Shown piece by piece: positions 47,181 through 56,973 of a stretch of 64,000 nt of DNA (position 1 is the first letter of the stretch; each line of letters begins with the position of its first letter). This DNA comes from an uncultured Bacteriovorax sp. (GTDB taxonomy: Bacteria; Bdellovibrionota; UBA1018), in assembly GCA_964432565.1 (NCBI GenBank), contig CAYSOA010000004.1, positions 38,839 to 102,838 of the forward strand, in the 5' to 3' direction. Below the pieces are notes generated by a model that was given only the letters and a program-made list of their open reading frames with translations, did no database searches and was not told the DNA's origin. A program made the translations under genes and the position numbers.

Positions 47181-48596
47181 ATGGAAACTCAATTCGATCT
47201 CGTGGTGATTGGCGGCGGACCTGCCGGATACGTAGCAGCGATTCGCGCGGCACAGCTGGGCCTCAAGACTGCCTGCGTGGAGATGCGAAAAACCCTGGGC
47301 GGCACCTGCCTGAACGTGGGCTGCATTCCCTCAAAGGCTCTTCTCGAATCGAGCGAACACTTCTATCAGGCAAAGAACAAGTTTCAAAAGCACGGCATCG
47401 TGGTTGGAGACCTGAAGCTCGACCTCGAACAGATGATGAAGCGCAAGGACGCCGTCGTTCGCCAGCTCACCACGGGCATCGCCGGACTGTTCAAGAAGAA
47501 CGGGATTACCTTCATCAACGGCAAGGGCCGACTCGACGGCGTCGACGGCGCCCTGAAGACAATCGTCGTGAAGACGGCTGACGGAGAGCAAAAGCTTACC
47601 GCGAAGAAGGTGCTTCTCGCGACGGGGAGCGAGCCGATCGAACTTCCGTTTTTGAAGTTCGACGGACAGAATATCGTGAGTTCCACCGAGGCACTCGAAT
47701 TCCCGGAGGTACCCAAACATCTCGTCGTCGTCGGTGGCGGCGTGATCGGGCTCGAGATGGGTTCCGTCTGGGCACGCCTCGGATCGAAGGTTACGGTCGT
47801 GGAGTTCAACGAATGGATTGCGGGCGGATCCGATCGCCAGATCTCGAATGAGCTCATGAAGTCCCTCATCAAACAGGGCATCGAATTCAAGCTTGGCCAC
47901 AAATGCCTGGGCGCTTCTAAAAAGGGCGACTGGCTCATGGTCGAGGTCGAGGAACGCAAGACCGGGCAGAAGGTCCAGCTCGAAGCCGACAAGGTTCTCG
48001 TCTCGACCGGCCGCAGGCCCTACTCCGAGGGGCTCGGCCTCGAGACTCTGGGCATCGAGCGCGACCCGCAGGGGCGGGTGCCCGTGAACGACCACTATGA
48101 AACTTCCGCCGAGGGCGTGTACGCCGTGGGCGACCTGATCGTGGGCGCCATGCTTGCGCACAAGGCCGAAGAAGAAGGCATTGCCGCAGTAGAATACCTT
48201 GCCGGCAAGCAGGGCCATGTGAACTACCAGGCCATTCCGAACGTCATCTACACGCATCCCGAGCTCGCTTCGGTCGGATGGACTGAAGAGGAAGTGAAGG
48301 AGCGCGGCGTTCCGTACAAGGTGGGCACCTTCCCCTACATGGCCAACGGGCGCGCCAAGGCGATGGAAGAAGCCGAAGGCATGGTGAAGATCGTGTCGCA
48401 CGCCCAGACGGACCGCGTGCTCGGCATTCACATCGTCGGCGCCCGCGCTGGAGATTTGATTGCCGAAGGCGTGGCGATGATGGAATTCGGAGCCACTTCC
48501 GAGGACATCGCGCAGAGCTCGCATGCCCATCCGTCGCTTGCAGAAGTGATGAAGGAAGCCGCGCTTGCCGTAAACAAGCGCCAGATTCACCTTTAA
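47181..48596 (+). CDS. lpdA: dihydrolipoyl dehydrogenase (E3)
   Basis: It has the FAD motif GGGPAGY, the redox-active GGTCLNVGCIPSK sequence, and a C-terminal HAHPSL. Confidence 0.9.
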   Translation: METQFDLVVIGGGPAGYVAAIRAAQLGLKTACVEMRKTLGGTCLNVGCIPSKALLESSEHFYQAKNKFQKHGIVVGDLKLDLEQMMKRKDAVVRQLTTGIAGLFKKNGITFINGKGRLDGVDGALKTIVVKTADGEQKLTAKKVLLATGSEPIELPFLKFDGQNIVSSTEALEFPEVPKHLVVVGGGVIGLEMGSVWARLGSKVTVVEFNEWIAGGSDRQISNELMKSLIKQGIEFKLGHKCLGASKKGDWLMVEVEERKTGQKVQLEADKVLVSTGRRPYSEGLGLETLGIERDPQGRVPVNDHYETSAEGVYAVGDLIVGAMLAHKAEEEGIAAVEYLAGKQGHVNYQAIPNVIYTHPELASVGWTEEEVKERGVPYKVGTFPYMANGRAKAMEEAEGMVKIVSHAQTDRVLGIHIVGARAGDLIAEGVAMMEFGATSEDIAQSSHAHPSLAEVMKEAALAVNKRQIHL

Positions 48597-48669
48597 CTTT
48601 TTTGCTGGTTTTTTTACCTGTTTGCACCATTCCCGGTTTGCGGAATCGCCGTACTCATGGTCACTTGAG

Positions 48670-50046
48670 CGGATGATTCAGCAAATCGAACAGTGGACGG
48701 GTGATTTTGTCGGCCTCGTTTGGGGCATTCCCTTGGTCGTGCTTCTAGTGGGCTCAGGAATTCTCTTCACCCTCTATTTCGGCTTTCCGCAGCTTCGCTT
48801 CTTCAAGCACGCCTGGGAGGTGGCCTTCGGCAAGTTCGACAAGCCCGAAGACCAGGGAGAAATCTCGCACTTCCAGGCTCTGACCGCCGCACTTTCAGCA
48901 ACTGTCGGTCTCGGTAACATTGCGGGCGTCGCAGTTGCCATTTCGCTGGGTGGTCCCGGTGCCATCTTCTGGCTCTGGGTGGCCGGGTTCATCGGCATGT
49001 GCACGAAGTTCACCGAAGTGACGCTCTCGCTGAACTATCGCGACATTTCCGAAAACGGAACCGTTCACGGCGGCCCCATGTTCGTGATCAAAAATGCGTT
49101 GTCGAAGAACTTCTATCCGGTCGCCTGGTTCTACGCCTTTTTCGTAGTGCTTTCGTCGTTTGGTGCAGGAAACATGTTTCAGGCCAACCAGATGGCGGCA
49201 GTCATGCGGACGTCTGCAGGAATTCCGGAATGGGCATCGGGCCTGACTTTTTGTGTCGGGGCCTACCTCATTCTGATCGGAGGCATCAAGCGAATCGGCA
49301 AGGTCACCGAAAAGCTCGTCCCCACCATGGTGGGACTCTATCTCTTCGGCGCTCTGTGGATCATTCTCTCCCATCTCTCCCTGGTTCCTTCCATGTTCGT
49401 CCAGATCTTCTCGAGTGCATTCGCCGGAACGGCAGCAGTGGGAGGCTTTGCCGGAGCGGCCTTCAAGGACGTGATCGTCATGGGCATTCGCCGCGCGACA
49501 TTTTCGAACGAAGCAGGAATGGGCTCCTCGGCGATGGCCCACTCCGCCGCCAAGTCGACCCCTGTGCAAGAGGGAATCGTGGCACTTCTCGAGCCCTTCA
49601 TTGATACCATCGTCGTCTGCACGATCACTGCGGTCGCCCTTCTGCTGACCGGAGCATGGAGCGCGGATGGTGTGCAGGCTGGTTCCGAAATGACAGCTTA
49701 CGCCTTCGAGTCGGTCATGGGACCTGCGGGCCGATGGATCGTTACGGCGACCGTCACGCTTTTTGCGTTCTCGACGCTCATTTCGTGGAGCTATTACGGC
49801 GAACAGGGGGTCACCTTTCTCTTCGGGGAAAAGTGGCTGAAGGCGTATCGCTACGTTTTTATCGCCTTCATTTTCGTGGGTGCGATCGCGAAGCTGACGA
49901 TCGTCCTGAATTTGTCTGACGCCGTTTATGGCCTTCTGGCGCTGCCAAACATGCTGGCCTGCTACCTGCTTCTGCCGAAGGTCAGGCAGCAACTGAGGGA
50001 GTATGCTCAGAAGCTGCAAAGCGGTGAGATCCGCCGAACGGCTTGA
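48670..50046 (+). CDS. alanine/glycine:cation symporter (AGCS family)
   Basis: The AGCS signature is present (ALSATVGLGNIAGVAVAI...GGPGAIFWLW). The start was taken at MIQQIEQW. Confidence 0.8.
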   Translation, partial: RMIQQIEQWTGDFVGLVWGIPLVVLLVGSGILFTLYFGFPQLRFFKHAWEVAFGKFDKPEDQGEISHFQALTAALSATVGLGNIAGVAVAISLGGPGAIFWLWVAGFIGMCTKFTEVTLSLNYRDISENGTVHGGPMFVIKNALSKNFYPVAWFYAFFVVLSSFGAGNMFQANQMAAVMRTSAGIPEWASGLTFCVGAYLILIGGIKRIGKVTEKLVPTMVGLYLFGALWIILSHLSLVPSMFVQIFSSAFAGTAAVGGFAGAAFKDVIVMGIRRATFSNEAGMGSSAMAHSAAKSTPVQEGIVALLEPFIDTIVVCTITAVALLLTGAWSADGVQAGSEMTAYAFESVMGPAGRWIVTATVTLFAFSTLISWSYYGEQGVTFLFGEKWLKAYRYVFIAFIFVGAIAKLTIVLNLSDAVYGLLALPNMLACYLLLPKVRQQLREYAQKLQSGEIRRTA

Positions 50047-50067
50047 TGGACTGACGGTACCCCCCAG

Positions 50068-51396
50068 ATGAAGCCCCTGGAACTGAAACGCGCCCTTGGA
50101 AGCTTAGACGCCTCGGCCCTCGTGGTCGGGACCGTGATTGGTACCGGAGTGTTCCTCAAGACGACTCCCATGGCTCAGCTTCTGGGGTCCCCTCTTCTGG
50201 TACTTCTGGCCTGGACGGCGGCAGGTGCGCTTTCACTCATGGGGGCCCTCGTCTATTCGGAACTGGGAGCCATGCTGCCTGATGCAGGCGGCGAGTTCGT
50301 CTACCTCAAGAAAAGCTACGGAAAGGGCGTCGCATTCCTCTACGGCTGGCAGCGATTCTGGATCGGCGGACCGGGAACGATCGCAGCCTACGCCGTAGGG
50401 GCGGCCACCTTCGCTGTGGGGATCTGGCCGCTTTCGCTCGGCGCGCAGAAGGCACTGGCCGTTGGATTCATTCTTCTATTTTCCGGGCTCAACTGCCTGG
50501 CGGTGACCTTGGGTGGTCGAGTGCAGACGTCCCTGACCCTACTGAAGATGGGTCTCGTGGTGGGACTAGCCCTCGCGGCTCTCGCCTGGTCGGGAGGCGG
50601 CGACTGGAGTCGGTTGACCGCTCCAGTGGGTTCTCTCGGTCGCGATGCGACTTGGAGCAGCTTCGGCATGGCGATGATCGCGGCTCTGTGGGCATTCGAT
50701 GGCTGGAACAACCTACCGATGGCGGCAGGAGAAGTTCGGAGGCCAGAGCGCAGCCTGCCCATCGCACTAATCGGTGGGACGCTGGCCATTCTCGCCATCT
50801 ATGGCATCGCCAACATCGGCTACTTTTATGCTTTGCCGTTTGAAACCATCCTCGATCCCGGCGATCTCTCGGTTGCGGCGCGAGCTGCAGAGACCTTCAT
50901 GGGTCCGGCCGGAGTGATCTTTCTTTCCGTCGCTTTTGTCATCAGTGCAGTCGGTGCCATGAATGGTTCGGTGCTGACGGGTGCCCGCGTTCCCTACGCC
51001 ATGGCACGCGAGGGTCTGGCTCCCGCAGTCATCGGGAAAATCCACTCCGCATCCCAGGTTCCAGTGACTTCGGTGCTGATTCAGGGCGCCTGGGCGTGCC
51101 TGCTTGCCCTCTCGGGCACCTTCGAAATGCTCACCGACTGGGTCGTATTCTCCTCCTGGATCTTCTATGCTCTTTGCGGATTTGCAGTCATTCTGCTTCG
51201 TCGCAGGCTTCCGCAGCTCGCCCGCCCTTACCGCGTGCCCTTCTATCCGGTGCTCCCCGTTCTCTTTTGCATCCTCGCCACCGCGCTGCTCGTGAATTCG
51301 GTGATCGAACTTCCGAAGCAAAGCCTGTTTGGGCTGCTCTTCATCCTGACGGGATTGCCAGCGTACTGGCTTTTGCGAAGACTGCGTCCCAACTGA
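50068..51396 (+). CDS. amino acid permease (APC superfamily)
   Basis: It has 12 TM segments and APC-type motifs (VVGTVIGTGVF). Confidence 0.75.
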   Translation: MKPLELKRALGSLDASALVVGTVIGTGVFLKTTPMAQLLGSPLLVLLAWTAAGALSLMGALVYSELGAMLPDAGGEFVYLKKSYGKGVAFLYGWQRFWIGGPGTIAAYAVGAATFAVGIWPLSLGAQKALAVGFILLFSGLNCLAVTLGGRVQTSLTLLKMGLVVGLALAALAWSGGGDWSRLTAPVGSLGRDATWSSFGMAMIAALWAFDGWNNLPMAAGEVRRPERSLPIALIGGTLAILAIYGIANIGYFYALPFETILDPGDLSVAARAAETFMGPAGVIFLSVAFVISAVGAMNGSVLTGARVPYAMAREGLAPAVIGKIHSASQVPVTSVLIQGAWACLLALSGTFEMLTDWVVFSSWIFYALCGFAVILLRRRLPQLARPYRVPFYPVLPVLFCILATALLVNSVIELPKQSLFGLLFILTGLPAYWLLRRLRPN

Positions 51397-51481
51397 CCCT
51401 GCCTGAAAGTTACAGTCGGCAGCCTCCGGCGTCTCGGCTACCCTGAGAAAAATTACTCTCTCGTTTCGAAAGGAGTACGAA

Positions 51482-51796
51482 ATGATCCGAAATTTCGTCC
51501 TGACCGCTGTGACCCTGAGTGGCTGGCTGGTGGTCGCCCTCCTGCTGGTGCCCCAGGCGGAGGGCAGGAGAAAGGGGGGAAGCTGCGACAAGGAGCTCTC
51601 AGCACAATCCTCGAAGTGCGATGTCGAGATCAAGCGACTGACCGCCGACCTCCGAAGCCTCGATTCGAAAACGAGTGCCAGGATCGTAGAACTCGATCAG
51701 CGGGCCCGGGAGGCCGAAAAGAAAGCCAGCGTCGCCAACCAGCAGCTCAACGCCTGCCTGAACCACCTGCAGAAGGTCAGCAGCAGTCGAAGGTAG
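51482..51796 (+). CDS. small secreted coiled-coil protein (hypothetical)
   Basis: It has a signal peptide and a heptad-like charged region. Its 3' end overlaps the alternative upstream start of the next ORF. Confidence 0.4.
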   Translation: MIRNFVLTAVTLSGWLVVALLLVPQAEGRRKGGSCDKELSAQSSKCDVEIKRLTADLRSLDSKTSARIVELDQRAREAEKKASVANQQLNACLNHLQKVSSSRR

Positions 51797-51858
51797 CGGC
51801 TGCGCTGACTCGATCGGCCTCGATTCCTGTTTCGAGTTCTGCTACGCCGAACGCACGC

Positions 51859-52773
51859 ATGTATTTTCCCTTTGAAAAAGGCGCGTATGAGGTGGCCCCG
51901 GGCCTTCGACCCTTCGGCTCGGACTTGGGTGCCGGCAGGCTCGACCAGTGCGTGTTCCAATTCGATGAACACGCAGAGCTTTACCTTGCGAACAAGAAAG
52001 AGGGCCGATCCGAGCGGCTCTCGAAATACTTTCGTGCCGAGGGGCTGAATCCCGATCTCGAGGCCGCAGTCTGCAGCTGGATCGAGGGACGCCTCAAACA
52101 GGAGTGGCCCGAGCGATTCGCGGCGGACTTTCAGCCGAGACTTGCCGGGGTTGCCTCGCCCCTTGACGCCTGGGCTTCGCACGTCCCTGAAGACATTGCC
52201 GTCGTCCAGAAGACGAGCGGGTCGAATTTTCTGGTCGCCATCAGCCTGTTCAGCGCCAATCACTGGGGAGCTGAAGAGAAGATCGGTCGAGACTTCATTG
52301 CGATCCACAAGCCTGTCGCCGGCATCGAGAAGATCAACGCCAGCTCTCCGCAACTCATCGACGCCATGATCGCAAAAGGTCCCTACGTACGCTTCGCCTG
52401 GGGAATCGCCACCGACAGCCGCTTGAACCACCATCCCGAAACCCCCGAGGGAATCGACCCCGCCATCTGGGCCGGACGAAGTTTCGAGCCGACACTCGAC
52501 TCCCGTCCGAAGATTCGTTTTCCCGAAGTTCTTCCCGAATCGCAGGCACCGCTCTTCATTCGGGTCGAACGTCAGGTCCTTTGGGGCTTTCCTGAGTTCG
52601 ATGCCTTCGTCTTCACGATTCGCACCTATTTTCTCGACGGACTGGCGGTGAAGAACGACCCCGGGCGCAATGCGGCACTTCAGGCCGCCCTCGAGTCGAT
52701 GACACCACAAAGCCTCGCCTACAAGGGCCTGACCCAGACTCGGGGCCCCATTCTGAGCTGGCTTCGCTCGTAG
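51859..52773 (+). CDS. conserved hypothetical protein (304 aa from the MYFPF start)
   Basis: It shows good coding character, but its domain is unrecognised. The ORF extends upstream to a GTG at 51616, so the true start is uncertain. Confidence 0.5.
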   Translation: MYFPFEKGAYEVAPGLRPFGSDLGAGRLDQCVFQFDEHAELYLANKKEGRSERLSKYFRAEGLNPDLEAAVCSWIEGRLKQEWPERFAADFQPRLAGVASPLDAWASHVPEDIAVVQKTSGSNFLVAISLFSANHWGAEEKIGRDFIAIHKPVAGIEKINASSPQLIDAMIAKGPYVRFAWGIATDSRLNHHPETPEGIDPAIWAGRSFEPTLDSRPKIRFPEVLPESQAPLFIRVERQVLWGFPEFDAFVFTIRTYFLDGLAVKNDPGRNAALQAALESMTPQSLAYKGLTQTRGPILSWLRS

Positions 52774-52841
52774 CGAGCTGAGCTGAGCCGCTCCAGCCTC
52801 AAGACGAACTGAAAATAACACCATGAATTCAGCGGGTTCCC

Positions 52842-52863
52842 ATACCCGACTCTTTTTGTTTGC
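52842..52863 (+). promoter_or_regulatory. conserved 22-nt upstream element, copy 1 (ATACCCGACTCTTTTTGTTTGC)
   Basis: It is identical to the 22-mer at 61103..61124. Both copies lie 45-49 nt upstream of ATG starts and are followed by similar AT-rich leaders (TTAACwwTTAAGArGGTG). Confidence 0.55.
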
Positions 52864-52911
52864 TTTACTGCACTTTGTAAAGTTATCTTAACTTTAAGAA
52901 AGGTGCTCGCT

Positions 52912-53691
52912 ATGAAACGCTTCCTCCCCCTCGCTGCTGCTGTCATCGTCGTGGGCATCTTTCTCAAAAGCTCACAAAAGGAGCCTTCGGAACCCTCCAC
53001 CACCCCCACCGAGGCGGTTGATCTACCGGTTGCCGACCTCTCCGGCGAGGATCGGCCCTCTCAGACCCGCGAAGTCGGCGAGTCGGAGACCGTTCGACCT
53101 TCGTCGGTTGCTTCAAAAGAGCGCGGGACCGAACCGACCAAGCCTGCGACAAGCAGCATCCCTCCCCGGTCCTCCTGCTGGGCCGCGTCCTTTGAAATCA
53201 CCCGAAGCCTCAGCGCAGCGCAAAGGGAGTCCTTCGGCGAACGCGATCACCTTCTCGATCTCTCGGCCCTTCGCGAGCGGTTTCCCAAGTGGTCTTCGTC
53301 ACGGCTCTGCGTCCGTGCCGAAGGCCATGCTCTCTCCTTCGAGAAGGATTCGAAAAGAAGGGATCACGTCCGCATCCGCGGAGGCTCGGGCAGAATTCGT
53401 CCCGACAGCACCCTGAAGGCGAGCTACTGCTCCGAGAAGGCCATCGACTGCGCCCCCTGCGTCGTGGTCCAGGAGGATTTCGACTCTGCCCTCTTTGGAG
53501 AGTCGGCCGAGGACCAGGCCGAGAACGAAGAGTCGGACATTACCGCACAACTTTCTCCCGAGGTTCAGCGAGAGCTCGCCCGTCTCGAACGCGAAAGGGC
53601 TCCTGCGGCCATTGACCACTGGAAGACCCGTGAGGTCGGCTCGGATTGCACCCCCTCCCCGCGAGTCGCCCAACGTGGAGACCGTCACTGA
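52912..53691 (+). CDS. hypothetical secreted protein, first gene of the Agl/Glt-like cluster
   Basis: There is a signal or anchor helix (MKRFLPLAAAVIVVGIFL) and several Cys residues. Its stop overlaps the next start (TGATG). Confidence 0.5.
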   Translation: MKRFLPLAAAVIVVGIFLKSSQKEPSEPSTTPTEAVDLPVADLSGEDRPSQTREVGESETVRPSSVASKERGTEPTKPATSSIPPRSSCWAASFEITRSLSAAQRESFGERDHLLDLSALRERFPKWSSSRLCVRAEGHALSFEKDSKRRDHVRIRGGSGRIRPDSTLKASYCSEKAIDCAPCVVVQEDFDSALFGESAEDQAENEESDITAQLSPEVQRELARLERERAPAAIDHWKTREVGSDCTPSPRVAQRGDRH

Positions 53692-55391
53692 TGAAGCGCG
53701 CACGCCCACTACGAGTGCTCTCGGGTCTTACCGGAATTCGAAGCCTTGCGCTCGCCGGCAGCTTCGCGCTCCTCTCCCTCTCCGGCTGTACCGAGCAGCT
53801 TCCGGGAAGCTTTCGTTACAAACAGCAGCTCGAAGTCTTTTCGACCAGCCAGGAGGTCAACACCTCCATTGATCTGCTCTGGGTGGTCGACAACTCGGCC
53901 AGCATGGATGTCAGCCAGAAGAAGCTGCGCGATGGATTTTCTGCCTTCGCCCGCGCCTATCTCAAACCCACCTGGGACATCCGTCTGGCCGTGATCACGA
54001 CCGACACCTACCTCGCCCACGCCGCATTCGACGGCTACCTGAATACCGTGATCCCCGGAACCGTCGGCTGGAGGTCGAATCATATCGCCCAGCGTTCGGT
54101 GGATTTCGTCAATCCTGAGCGGATCCCGAACCTTTGGGACAACGCCACGAAGACCTTTCCCAACGGAGTTCGTTATGGCGATATCTCGCCCGTCTGGGGC
54201 TCGAACTGGGCACGACTCATCCCTGGAATTCATGATGGTCCGATGACCACGCTCTGCTCCGAGCTTCTGCCCTACTTTCTCAAGGGCACGTCTCTCTGCT
54301 CCTCGAGAGACCAAATTCTCCCCGCTACGGCCGAAGCAGATGGACTGCGCCCCTGCGTGAGCCCCGATTCCGGAGCTGGAGAATCGAGCGTCACTTCCTG
54401 CATCAATACGACCCAGGTCGACGTCCTGCACACTCAAAGTCCGATCCTCGAAACCCAGCCGCCAACAGGCGTGCCCGCAGATGAGGCGTGGGTGGATGCA
54501 TTGGTTGAAAGGTTTCTCGTCAATGCCAGCGTCGGCAGTTCGGGCCAGGGTTCTGAACGCGGCATCAGCTCGGTACTGCAGCTTCTGGCCGACAACGAGA
54601 GCACCGAAACCCGCTTCTTTCGTCCGGGATCCCTACGCGGCATCCTGTTCATGAGCGATGAGGACGATCAGTCGATGGATCTCTCGCTTGCCACTCCCGG
54701 AACCACCCCACAGACTCACTATCAGTGCGACCAGGAGCGCCTTGCCGAACTCAATCCCGGTGACTCACGGGTGACGACCAGCTGTCCGACCCTCTCCAGT
54801 CGCTGTCCCGAAAAGGTGATCGACGGGTTCAGCTACCGTGTTTCTTACTGTCCGGCAGAGTCCGCCCCCCTGCTGTCGGTCGCCTCTGCAAAACAGCAGC
54901 TCGACACGTTCTTCACCGAGCTGGACGAAGGCACCCAGCCCCAGCCCAATTACTTCGTTGCCGCCATCATCCCCACCTCGGCCGCGGCGATCCAGCAGCT
55001 TCAGGAGGGCCGAGTCAGCGAGGACTCGGCTGTCGGGGCGCTTAAAAACTGGGCCGTCGACCGGGGTGACCGCTACCTCGAACTGGTCGAACGCGTGAAC
55101 AACGGCTCGCTGGCCCTGAATATCGCCGAATCCGACTACACGCCCATTCTCGAAACCATCGGCCGCACGATCGTCTCCAAAAAGGCAACGTTCAAGCTGC
55201 AACGAGAACCCAGCTCACTCGAAGAATTGATGATCTGGGTTCGCCATAACGACGAAACCCGCACGCTGATTTCAGACGAGCAGTTTTCGATCGAAGGAAC
55301 CACGCTCCGGATCACGGACCTTGATCTGGTGCTTTCGCTCGTCTCCACGGATCGGATCGTCATCGACTACCAGCCCAAGAACCTCAAATAA
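53691..55391 (+). CDS. Cys-rich von Willebrand factor A domain lipoprotein (CglB-like candidate adhesin)
   Basis: The lipobox reads LSLSGC and a VWA MIDAS motif is present (LLWVVDNSASM). There are more than 14 Cys residues across the 567 aa. Confidence 0.6.
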   Translation: MKRARPLRVLSGLTGIRSLALAGSFALLSLSGCTEQLPGSFRYKQQLEVFSTSQEVNTSIDLLWVVDNSASMDVSQKKLRDGFSAFARAYLKPTWDIRLAVITTDTYLAHAAFDGYLNTVIPGTVGWRSNHIAQRSVDFVNPERIPNLWDNATKTFPNGVRYGDISPVWGSNWARLIPGIHDGPMTTLCSELLPYFLKGTSLCSSRDQILPATAEADGLRPCVSPDSGAGESSVTSCINTTQVDVLHTQSPILETQPPTGVPADEAWVDALVERFLVNASVGSSGQGSERGISSVLQLLADNESTETRFFRPGSLRGILFMSDEDDQSMDLSLATPGTTPQTHYQCDQERLAELNPGDSRVTTSCPTLSSRCPEKVIDGFSYRVSYCPAESAPLLSVASAKQQLDTFFTELDEGTQPQPNYFVAAIIPTSAAAIQQLQEGRVSEDSAVGALKNWAVDRGDRYLELVERVNNGSLALNIAESDYTPILETIGRTIVSKKATFKLQREPSSLEELMIWVRHNDETRTLISDEQFSIEGTTLRITDLDLVLSLVSTDRIVIDYQPKNLK

Positions 55392-55409
55392 CCAAAAAGG
55401 AGAATGAAC

Positions 55410-56066
55410 ATGGACTTCCTCACCTTCCTCAAAGACCACTGGATGCACGTCGCCCCCATCCTGCTCGCCGCCGCATTTGCCGTAGCCATCGTGATCGAAA
55501 GGTTCCAAACGCTGTACCGAAGCTATCCGATGAAGGACACACACGGCTTCTTCGATCAAATCGGTCGCCACGTCATTGATGGAAACGTCCAGGGGGCCTT
55601 GTCCCACTGCGAGCAACAGGGGCAGAAGCCCGTTGCCGTCGTCGTCAAACAGGCCCTTTTGAGGGCTCAGCAGCCCGAAGCCCTCATCGAGAGCGCTCTC
55701 GAGATCAGCATCCATGAGGCGCAGCAGTCGATTCAAAGGCGAACTGCCTTTCTCTCGACCATCGCCAATGTCGCAACGCTTCTCGGTCTTTTCGGAACGA
55801 TCGCCGGCTTGATCAGTTCGTTTGAGGCAGTCGGTGCTGCCGACCCACAGCAGAAGTCGGCACTCCTTGCTGCCGGCATCTCCACGGCAATGAATGCCAC
55901 GATGATGGGACTTGCCGTTGCGATTCCCTGCATGGTGGCCTTCAGTTTCCTCATGAGCCAGAGCAATCGGGTCATGGCCGAGGTCGAACAAGGCGCAGTT
56001 CGCATCCTCGATCTTCTCAAGCAGCGCTATTATCGGGTGCAGAGCGAAGTTCGGGAGGCCGCATGA
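55410..56066 (+). CDS. MotA/TolQ/ExbB-family proton channel (AglR-like)
   Basis: It has 3 TM segments and the ExbB/TolQ signature region (LSTIANVATLLGLFGTIAGLISSF...AMNATMMGLAVAIP). Confidence 0.8.
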   Translation: MDFLTFLKDHWMHVAPILLAAAFAVAIVIERFQTLYRSYPMKDTHGFFDQIGRHVIDGNVQGALSHCEQQGQKPVAVVVKQALLRAQQPEALIESALEISIHEAQQSIQRRTAFLSTIANVATLLGLFGTIAGLISSFEAVGAADPQQKSALLAAGISTAMNATMMGLAVAIPCMVAFSFLMSQSNRVMAEVEQGAVRILDLLKQRYYRVQSEVREAA

Positions 56067-56515
56067 TGTCGCCCGGTTCAGGAAGCGATGGTCAGGACTT
56101 CGAACTGAACCTCGCAAGCATCATCGACTGTCTCACGGTCATCATCGCCTTCCTCCTGCTTTCATCCTCCTTCGTGTCCTATGGGGCACTCGACACGGCC
56201 GTCGCCGCACCACAGAGTTCCCAAACAGCGGACGGAAGCGAGGAACGACCCCAGAGCCTCACCTTGTCGGTGAAAATTCTGGAGGACGACCGGGTGGAGC
56301 TCGAGATCTCAGGAAAGCGAACTGAAAAGAGAAGGATCGCCCGGGACTCGCTTCGCACCGAACTACAGGCTCTGAAGGCGAAATATCCGGGTTTAGAGGG
56401 AATGGTTCTCTCAGCCGGCCCTCGCCTGCCTTACCGAGAGGTGATTCGAGGCATGGACGAGGCACGCACGATTTTTCCGGCAGTAGCGCTGGGCCTTTCG
56501 GGAGGTCGACAATGA
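56063..56515 (+). CDS. ExbD/TolR-family protein (AglQ/S-like), copy 1
   Basis: It has a single TM with the conserved Asp (LASIIDCLTVIIAFLL) and a 4-nt overlap with the upstream gene. Confidence 0.75.
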   Translation: MMSPGSGSDGQDFELNLASIIDCLTVIIAFLLLSSSFVSYGALDTAVAAPQSSQTADGSEERPQSLTLSVKILEDDRVELEISGKRTEKRRIARDSLRTELQALKAKYPGLEGMVLSAGPRLPYREVIRGMDEARTIFPAVALGLSGGRQ

Positions 56516-56973
56516 AGCGATTTCTGAAGAAGAAGAATAAGCCGCAGTCGACCGAAATGAGCCTGCAGATCACATCGATGGCCGATATCTTTACGATCCT
56601 GCTGGTCTTCCTCTTGAAATCGTATTCGGTCGGCGCCCTCGAAGTGCAACCGAGTCGTGGGCTCGAGCTGCCTGTCGCCCAGAGATCGGATACAGCCGAA
56701 TCCAGAATCGCGCTGGAAGTCTCCGAAAACTCGGTTCAGCTCGATGGCACTCCCGTTCTTCCCCTGAAACACTTCGAGCTTGAAGGTGCAACGCGCCTCG
56801 AGCCGTTGGGAAGGGCGCTTTCGGAGAAACTTGCCGCCCTCGGAGAGGCATCTCAGGGCAAGTTGATTCTGGTTGCGGATGCCCGAGTCCCCTTCGAGAC
56901 GCTCGAAACTCTGATGGCGACGGCCGCAGGTCAGGGCTTCTCAGACCTCAAGCTGGCGGTGGTGCAGCCATGA
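56512..56973 (+). CDS. ExbD/TolR-family protein (AglQ/S-like), copy 2
   Basis: It has a TM with the conserved Asp (MADIFTILLVFLL) and its start overlaps the upstream stop. Confidence 0.75.
   Translation: MKRFLKKKNKPQSTEMSLQITSMADIFTILLVFLLKSYSVGALEVQPSRGLELPVAQRSDTAESRIALEVSENSVQLDGTPVLPLKHFELEGATRLEPLGRALSEKLAALGEASQGKLILVADARVPFETLETLMATAAGQGFSDLKLAVVQP

Noticed and set aside
48597-48669. I considered a glycine riboswitch upstream of the alanine/glycine:cation symporter gene.
   Set aside because: The leader is only about 70 nt and lacks the conserved GGAGAG...CACCG aptamer cores.
47331-50019. Two long minus-strand ORFs (419 aa and 374 aa) overlap lpdA and the AGCS transporter.
   Set aside because: Both are antisense to confidently identified genes, and their low-complexity Arg/His/Gly content reads as non-coding shadow ORFs.
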